IMG/VR virus record: IMGVR_UViG_3300035181_000912
Direction: 5' to 3' (one strand)
DNA from: an uncultured virus (IMG/VR IMGVR_UViG_3300035181_000912)
Taxonomy: Duplodnaviria > Heunggongvirae > Uroviricota > Caudoviricetes
DNA length: 20,000 bases
The notes beneath the pieces are model-generated. The model ran no database searches. It saw only the letters and a program-made list of their open reading frames with translations, and was not told the DNA's origin. Positions 14,693-20,000 of the stretch are shown in pieces. Every line of letters starts with the position of its first letter. The first letter of the stretch is position 1. The position numbers and the translations under genes are program-made.

Positions 14693-16228
14693 ATGGCTCG
14701 CAATATCAGCTCCGTCCATGCCGACTACGCTACCCGCAAGATTCAGTGGATCCGCGTTCGCGACGCGCTGGAGGGTCAGGATCAGATCAAGTCGAAGGGC
14801 GAGAACTACCTGAAGAAGCCCGACGGCATGACGCAGACGGCCTATGACGCCTACAAGGAGCGCTCTCAGTACTATCCCGTCGTCGAGCGCACGCTCCGCG
14901 GGATGTCTGGTATGGTGTTTCGCCACCCGGTCAAAGTCGAGCTGCCCAAGCGTCTCGAGCCGCTGCTCGACTCCGCGACGACGGACGGTCACTCAATCGA
15001 AGTGATGGCCGAGAACGTGGTAAACGAAGTGATGGCGCTCGGGCGCTACGGGATCCTGGTCGACTACCCGACGGGCAACACGACCGCTGCTTCGATACCC
15101 TACCTCGCGACGTATACCGCTGAGAACATAATGGACTGGCGCGTCCAGTTTATCGACGGCAAGCGTATGCTGACCCGGGTCGTACTCAAGGACGACTTCG
15201 ACGGTGACGACCTGGAAGACGACGGTGGCGAGATGCGCCTAGAGCTGTGCCTGAACGTGGATGGCAACTACGAGGTGCGCCGGTGGTACGCTGCCAGCGT
15301 GCTGCACGCGGGCGACGTTGCTGCCGCGTTCTCGATGCGGGAAGATCCCGTCGTGCCGCTAGTTGGGGGCAAGCCCCTCAAGTCGATCCCCTTCGTCTTC
15401 ATCAACGCCTATGACTTGCGGCCTGAGGTTGAGAAGCCTCCGATGCTCGACCTGGTCGACGTCAACCTGGGCCACTACCGCAACTCGGCTGACTACGAGC
15501 ACGCACTCTTCCTGACGTCCCAGCCCACTCCTTGGGCCGCGGGTGCGATCAACGAGAAGAACAAGCCCACTGCCATTGGCTCGGGCGCCTTCTGGATCCT
15601 GCCCGAGAATTCAACTTGTGGCTACCTTGAATTTGGTGGTGCGGGTATTGAGGCCATGCGCCAGGCGATGCTCGACAAGGAGGACCGGATGGCGGCCCTC
15701 GGTGCGCGCATGATCAACGAAGGCAAGAGCCGCAACGAGGCAGCAGACACCGCACGGATGCGCGGTCGCTCCGAGATGTCGCTTATGGCGAACGTGGTCA
15801 ATATGGCGGAGGCAGGCATCGAGAAAGCCCTTCAGATCGCGGCCGAGTGGGTCACGGGCAGCGCGGATGCCGTCGAAGTCAAGCTGAACCGCGACTGGGT
15901 CGAGACGAAGATGGATTCCAACACGCTCACCGCGCTGGTCAAGACCTGGCAGTCGGGCGCGATCTCGCACCTGACACTCTACGAAAACCTGCAGTCGGGC
16001 GAAGTCGCGCCCGTGGATCGCACGTTCGAGGAGGAGCAACAGCTGATCGAGGACGAAGGCGGCGGGATCGGCATAGGCGTCAACGCGGCCCTTGCCGCCG
16101 CTGCCTTGCAGCCCCCGGGCGCTCCAGGTATCCCGGGTCAGCCCCCGCAGCCACCCGTGCCAGGCCAGCCCCCGAAAGCGCCGCCCGCAGTGCCGAAGCC
16201 TCCGGCTGGCAAGACGGGAGGCGCATGA
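14693..16228 (+). CDS. Portal protein (DUF4055 family) with Pro-rich C-terminal tail
   Basis: W..VRDALEG...IK..GE.YL, Y.AY.ER..YY, GRYGILVDYP, IPFVF, and PP.LDL..VNLGHYRNSADYEHAL motifs. Confidence 0.9.
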   Translation: MARNISSVHADYATRKIQWIRVRDALEGQDQIKSKGENYLKKPDGMTQTAYDAYKERSQYYPVVERTLRGMSGMVFRHPVKVELPKRLEPLLDSATTDGHSIEVMAENVVNEVMALGRYGILVDYPTGNTTAASIPYLATYTAENIMDWRVQFIDGKRMLTRVVLKDDFDGDDLEDDGGEMRLELCLNVDGNYEVRRWYAASVLHAGDVAAAFSMREDPVVPLVGGKPLKSIPFVFINAYDLRPEVEKPPMLDLVDVNLGHYRNSADYEHALFLTSQPTPWAAGAINEKNKPTAIGSGAFWILPENSTCGYLEFGGAGIEAMRQAMLDKEDRMAALGARMINEGKSRNEAADTARMRGRSEMSLMANVVNMAEAGIEKALQIAAEWVTGSADAVEVKLNRDWVETKMDSNTLTALVKTWQSGAISHLTLYENLQSGEVAPVDRTFEEEQQLIEDEGGGIGIGVNAALAAAALQPPGAPGIPGQPPQPPVPGQPPKAPPAVPKPPAGKTGGA

Positions 16229-16533
16229 TGAAGGTTCTCGGCACGCTCAAGCAAGGCGACACGTTCAAGGTGGATATTGTCCTGAAGGTGGACGGATTGC
16301 CTTACGACCTGACAGGTGCGACCATCGTCTCATCCGTCGAGACGGAAGACGCATCCTTCACGATGGCGATCCCCGTGACGGTCACGGACGCTGCCGGTGG
16401 GGCGTTCACCGTCGAAGAACAGACGACGACATGGCCCCTTGGGAACGTCCTTTGGGACGTGCGACTGACCAATGGCACCTTCTCCTGGTCACTGCCGTCC
16501 GCGGCCGTGGGCATTGAGGAGCGCATCTCGTGA
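16225..16533 (+). CDS. Virion structural protein, BppU N-terminal-like Ig fold
   Basis: KQGDTF, DG.PYDLTGAT, TDAAGG.F and WDV.L motifs; ATGA overlap with the portal stop. Confidence 0.65.
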   Translation: MMKVLGTLKQGDTFKVDIVLKVDGLPYDLTGATIVSSVETEDASFTMAIPVTVTDAAGGAFTVEEQTTTWPLGNVLWDVRLTNGTFSWSLPSAAVGIEERIS

Positions 16534-17027
16534 CCATAACCGCTGACCTCCACCTTTATCGGTCGAGAATCGCGTCGGTTGACGCTACGAAGATCACGGC
16601 GGAGCTGTACTTCTACAAGTCGGAGGTCCGCGGGAACGCGTTGACCATCGAACTCGCGACGGGCTTCCGCGGCGCTATCGGCCCGCAGGGGCCCTCGGGC
16701 ACGACCACGACGGTGATTGCTGCCGAGGCCCTGGGCGGGCATCGTGCGGTGACGGTGCAAGGACTGCACTGCAGTCCATCAACGGCCGACGAACTCGCAG
16801 GGGTCACCACAGGGGCCACCGCACTGGGTGACGTTGCCACCTATATCTCGGCAGGACTTATGGAAGAATCGTCGTGGAACTGGACTCCAGGACAACCTGT
16901 TTTCTTGGGTGCAGCAGGAGTCCTTACCCAGACTCCGTTGACATCCGGACCCGTGCGACGTATTGCTTGGGCTGTCGCCCCGACCAAGATCAATGTCGAT
17001 TTCTTACCACCCATCACGCAGGCCTAA
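16530..17027 (+). CDS. Virion structural protein (cement/fibre-like)
   Basis: AAEALGGHRAV...WNWTPGQPVFLG..G.LTQTP; short Gly-X-Y stretch. Confidence 0.65.
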   Translation: MTITADLHLYRSRIASVDATKITAELYFYKSEVRGNALTIELATGFRGAIGPQGPSGTTTTVIAAEALGGHRAVTVQGLHCSPSTADELAGVTTGATALGDVATYISAGLMEESSWNWTPGQPVFLGAAGVLTQTPLTSGPVRRIAWAVAPTKINVDFLPPITQA

Positions 17028-17039
17028 GGAGGACTAAAC

Positions 17040-17546
17040 TTGGCAGGTGAAAAGTTCCTGAAACATAGCTCCGGCGGCTTCGTCGAAGCAATCGCCACGC
17101 AAGTCGGCGGCGGCGGTGCCGAAGACAAGATTCCCGCGCTCGATGCGTCCGGCCGTCTCGACGTCTCCATGATGCCCACGGGCATCGGCGCAGACACGGC
17201 GTCCATTCAGGCGTCCGAGAACCTCGCCGCGGGCGACCTCGTCAACATCCACAACGTCACGGGCTCCGCGCGTGTTCGCAAGGCCGACGCTACCACAGTG
17301 GGCAAGGAGGCCAATGGCTTCGTCCTGGCAGGCGTGACGTCGGGCGCCAACGCCATCGTCTACTTCGAAGGGAACAACGCGCAGGTCACCGGGTTGACGC
17401 CAGGGGCGCTCTACCTGTCGACCACGGCAGGCCTTGCCACTTCGACGCCGCCGTCCGCCTCGGGCAACGTCGTCCAGAAGGTTGGCTTCGCAACGGCAGC
17501 CACCAGCTTGAACTTCGACTCGGGCACCGCGGTGGTGCTGGCCTGA
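17040..17546 (+). CDS. Virion structural protein (capsid cement/decoration-like)
   Basis: ASENLAAGDLVN...KADA...A.GFV...GLTPGA.YLSTTAG...VQKVGFA; AGGAGG SD with TTG start. Confidence 0.7.
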   Translation: MAGEKFLKHSSGGFVEAIATQVGGGGAEDKIPALDASGRLDVSMMPTGIGADTASIQASENLAAGDLVNIHNVTGSARVRKADATTVGKEANGFVLAGVTSGANAIVYFEGNNAQVTGLTPGALYLSTTAGLATSTPPSASGNVVQKVGFATAATSLNFDSGTAVVLA

Positions 17547-17547
17547 C

Positions 17548-17868
17548 ATGGCAACGCGTCGCCCACTTGTTCTGATCGGCGGGCAGGTTCAAGAACTGCC
17601 CGCAACAGACACCCTACCCGGGGTGGGCGCAGGCGCGGACAGCTTCGAGACGATCTCGAAGAACTTGTCCGCAACGGACGCGACTTTCAACTACACTGGC
17701 GACCAGTTGACCTCCATCAACTACGCCAGCGGGATCACGAAGACGCTTGCCTATGGGGTCGATGGGCTTTCCAGCGTGACGCTTTCCGGCTCGACACCTG
17801 GCGGCATCGCCCTAGTCAAGACCTTCGTTTACACCGCTGGCAAAGTGACCGGCTTCAACTACTCCTGA
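17548..17868 (+). CDS. Virion structural protein
   Basis: RRPLVLIGGQVQELPA.D motif; beta-rich YTG repeats. Confidence 0.65.
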   Translation: MATRRPLVLIGGQVQELPATDTLPGVGAGADSFETISKNLSATDATFNYTGDQLTSINYASGITKTLAYGVDGLSSVTLSGSTPGGIALVKTFVYTAGKVTGFNYS

Positions 17869-17878
17869 AAGGAAGAAA

Positions 17879-18304
17879 ATGGCAGCCCTTACGACTCAAT
17901 CCGCCAATGACATCCTCAACTATCTGTTGCGGAACGTGTCGCCGTCTTGGGATGGGGTAGGAACACTCTACCTTGCACTGCACACTGGCACCATCGGTGC
18001 AGGTGGCGACCAGACAACCAACGAAGTCGCCTACACCGGCTACTCCCGAGTCGCTGTGGTACGCACGAGCTCAGGCGACTTCACCGCCGCGTCGGGTGGC
18101 GCGTCGGATAACAATGCTCTGATCCAGTTCGGCAATCCGACCGCTGGGTCGTTCCCCATCACCGTGACGCATGTCTCGCTCGGTGCCGCCGCGTCGGGCG
18201 TTGGGACGGTGATCGAGTACACCGCCCTGAACTCGTCGCTCGTCGTAAACCTGAACGTCCAGCCGCAGTTCGCGGCAGGCACGCTCGACTTCAACTTGGT
18301 GTGA
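17879..18304 (+). CDS. Virion structural / minor tail-fibre-associated protein
   Basis: LYLALHT...NEV.YTGYSRVAV...I.FG...TVTH family motif. Confidence 0.7.
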   Translation: MAALTTQSANDILNYLLRNVSPSWDGVGTLYLALHTGTIGAGGDQTTNEVAYTGYSRVAVVRTSSGDFTAASGGASDNNALIQFGNPTAGSFPITVTHVSLGAAASGVGTVIEYTALNSSLVVNLNVQPQFAAGTLDFNLV

Positions 18305-18308
18305 TCCT

Positions 18309-19187
18309 ATGGCATTCAGTGGTTTTGACGATCTGATCTCGGAGATGTCTCTCGGCAAGAAGCAGCGACTCACCGCCAACCGCATCATCAACACAGGCGC
18401 CACCTCGGCCGCGGGCCGCTGGCACGAGGCCTTCGCGATCTCGAACGGCACGGGCGGCATTGGTTTGCTGACAGGCACCGCGGGCGCTGGCATCGCGCGC
18501 GATGCGTCGTCCCCTGGCGCCTTGCCAATCTCGCCTGTCAACGTGACGACGGATACGCGTCACCTGCTCGCCATGATGGCGATCACTCCCGCGGCGACTG
18601 TCGTCCCGGGGATCGCCAAGCTTATTGACCTCCTCTATATCTACCCCTCCTGCGTCGTCACCACCGGCTCGGGTACCACGCTGTCGAACGCGGCGGCGAA
18701 GCCGACCCGGTTCAACAATGGAAAGGACGTCAAGCTCGGTTGCGTCGTCGCAGGCACGGCCATTGGTGCCACTACGCCGGTCATCACCACGTCCTACACC
18801 GACCAGGATGGCAACGCCGGCGCCGTGGGATCTTTCGCAGCCTCTGCGGTGTCCCTGCCTATCGGGGCCTGCCTATCGGGCGCAGCCGTGTCCGTCCTTG
18901 GCTCGCCGGAGATGCTCCTCGCTGCGGGTGACAGTGGTGTCCGTTCGCTGGACAGCTATACGGTTGCCGCGGGCACCACTGGGACGGTCACGTTCTTCCT
19001 GTACCGCGACCTGGGCGAAGTTCCGCTGATCGCTGCCAACCTCGGAGGTGAGCGTGACTTCCTGTCGCAGATTCCGTCCTTGCCGACGGTCGACGACAAC
19101 GCCTGCCTGACTGCGCTTGTCCTCGCAGGTGGCGCGTTGCTGGCAAACAGCCCCCTGATTTTGACGCTGCAACTCGCATGGGGCTGA
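18309..19187 (+). CDS. Virion structural protein (Gly/Ala/Thr-rich, beta-rich)
   Basis: Composition and operon context; SYTDQDG motif. Confidence 0.65.
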   Translation: MAFSGFDDLISEMSLGKKQRLTANRIINTGATSAAGRWHEAFAISNGTGGIGLLTGTAGAGIARDASSPGALPISPVNVTTDTRHLLAMMAITPAATVVPGIAKLIDLLYIYPSCVVTTGSGTTLSNAAAKPTRFNNGKDVKLGCVVAGTAIGATTPVITTSYTDQDGNAGAVGSFAASAVSLPIGACLSGAAVSVLGSPEMLLAAGDSGVRSLDSYTVAAGTTGTVTFFLYRDLGEVPLIAANLGGERDFLSQIPSLPTVDDNACLTALVLAGGALLANSPLILTLQLAWG

Positions 19188-19708
19188 CCGCGAACAACCT
19201 CGCTTCTGGCAACCCTGGGAAGGTCTTTGGACTCGCCCAGGGTGCCTTCGCACGGGGTATGGCGGGCATCATAGACAACGCACGGGTCTTCGGTCAGATT
19301 ACTTCTATCCCGCAGGGGATGAACGGCCAGAACGCGCTGCGGATGACCTTCAAGGTAGGCGGTAACATCAGCGCGCGCGTTAAAGTCGCTGCTGGCTTCA
19401 CCGCAGCCGCCAAAGGCGTGGGCAACATGGCTGCGGTGGTAAGCGGCGTTGCAGGCTTCACCGCCAACGGCAATACCGCCTATAATGGTACCGCGACGTT
19501 CGCGGTCGTCTTCAACTGGACAGCACTCGGCTCGGGCCTCGGGTCGATGGCTGCGAAGATGGATATCCTCGCGCGTCCATCAGCATTCGATATTGCCCAG
19601 GAGGTCTGGAACTCTCAGAAGACGGCTTTCGCGTTGACGGGCACGCTTGGGAAGTCGATCAGCGACGCGGAAGCAGCAGCCAAGCTTGGCGCGGCGTTGA
19701 GCGCGTAG
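19178..19708 (+). CDS. Virion structural protein (fibre-like)
   Basis: Ala/Gly-rich; IAQEVW...GTLGK motif. Confidence 0.65.
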   Translation: MGLTANNLASGNPGKVFGLAQGAFARGMAGIIDNARVFGQITSIPQGMNGQNALRMTFKVGGNISARVKVAAGFTAAAKGVGNMAAVVSGVAGFTANGNTAYNGTATFAVVFNWTALGSGLGSMAAKMDILARPSAFDIAQEVWNSQKTAFALTGTLGKSISDAEAAAKLGAALSA

Positions 19709-19732
19709 CGGGCGCCCTCAGGGGCGCCCGCT
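19707..19732. terminator. 11-bp GC-rich hairpin AGCGGGCGCCC-TCAG-GGGCGCCCGCT between convergent genes
   Basis: Perfect stem; U-tract is weak and runs into GTTTAAAC. Confidence 0.65.
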
Positions 19733-19735
19733 CGT

Positions 19736-19745
19736 CGTTTAAACG
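19736..19745. repeat. CGTTTAAACG palindrome (copy 5)
   Basis: Convergent intergenic gap. Confidence 0.85.
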
Positions 19746-19753
19746 GGCAAGAC

Positions 19754-19999
19754 TTACAAGAAGGACTCGCCAGACAGGCGCTCGTAGCAGACGGCCCACG
19801 CTTTGCCCGTGTTATCGTCCATCAGGTTCGACATGGTCGAGGTCGAACGCGACGAGCCGGCTTTCGCGGCGCGCAACGTCGCACGCAGCGACTCTTCCAT
19901 CAGTGCCTCGGCCGTCGCGCCGCGCTTGAAGCCCTCGAGCAGCCACTTCGCGACTTCGAACTCGGCAGCGGTTTCGCTGAACGAGCCAGCCCAGGACAG
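19754..19999 (-). CDS. Hypothetical protein, 3' part (…LSWAGSFSETAAEFEVAKWLL…SRSTSTMSNLMDD…GESFL*)
   Basis: Open frame from the window edge to the TAA at 19756-19754; translated by hand. Confidence 0.7.
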   Translation of the reverse strand: MSWAGSFSETAAEFEVAKWLLEGFKRGATAEALMEESLRATLRAAKAGSSRSTSTMSNLMDDNTGKAWAVCYERLSGESFL

Positions 20000-20000
20000 C

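Noticed and set aside
16660..16705. Collagen-like fibre domain
   Set aside because: Only about four Gly-X-Y triplets.

Overview
High-GC segment of a tailed dsDNA phage (Caudoviricetes-like); an alphaproteobacterial host is an inference from regulatory and protein motifs. The core packaging and virion genes are on the + strand but unusually dispersed: probable terS (6063-6533), terL (9786-11258), a DUF4055-type portal (14693-16228), then seven virion structural/fibre-like genes ending at a hairpin (19707-19732). Blocks of small accessory genes lie between them. These include nucleotide-metabolism or modification candidates (MazG-like, dATP/dGTP diphosphohydrolase-like, SLOG/YspA-like, C5-cytosine-MTase-like, TGT-like) and a minus-strand island of about 3.3 kb between terL and portal. 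Three recurring intergenic motifs stand out: (i) five (C)GTTTAAAC(G) palindromes at gene or transcription-unit boundaries; (ii) seven ATAAG-N3-GTTAT-like boxes, five overlapping sigma70-like promoters; (iii) six A(G/T)CAAC(A/G)GAGA leaders in front of start codons. A non-coding region of about 680 bp upstream of terS holds a candidate pseudoknotted RNA and a dense GATGC/IHF-like/GANTC array (candidate pac/cos site or origin). All protein calls come from motif recognition by eye, not database searches.
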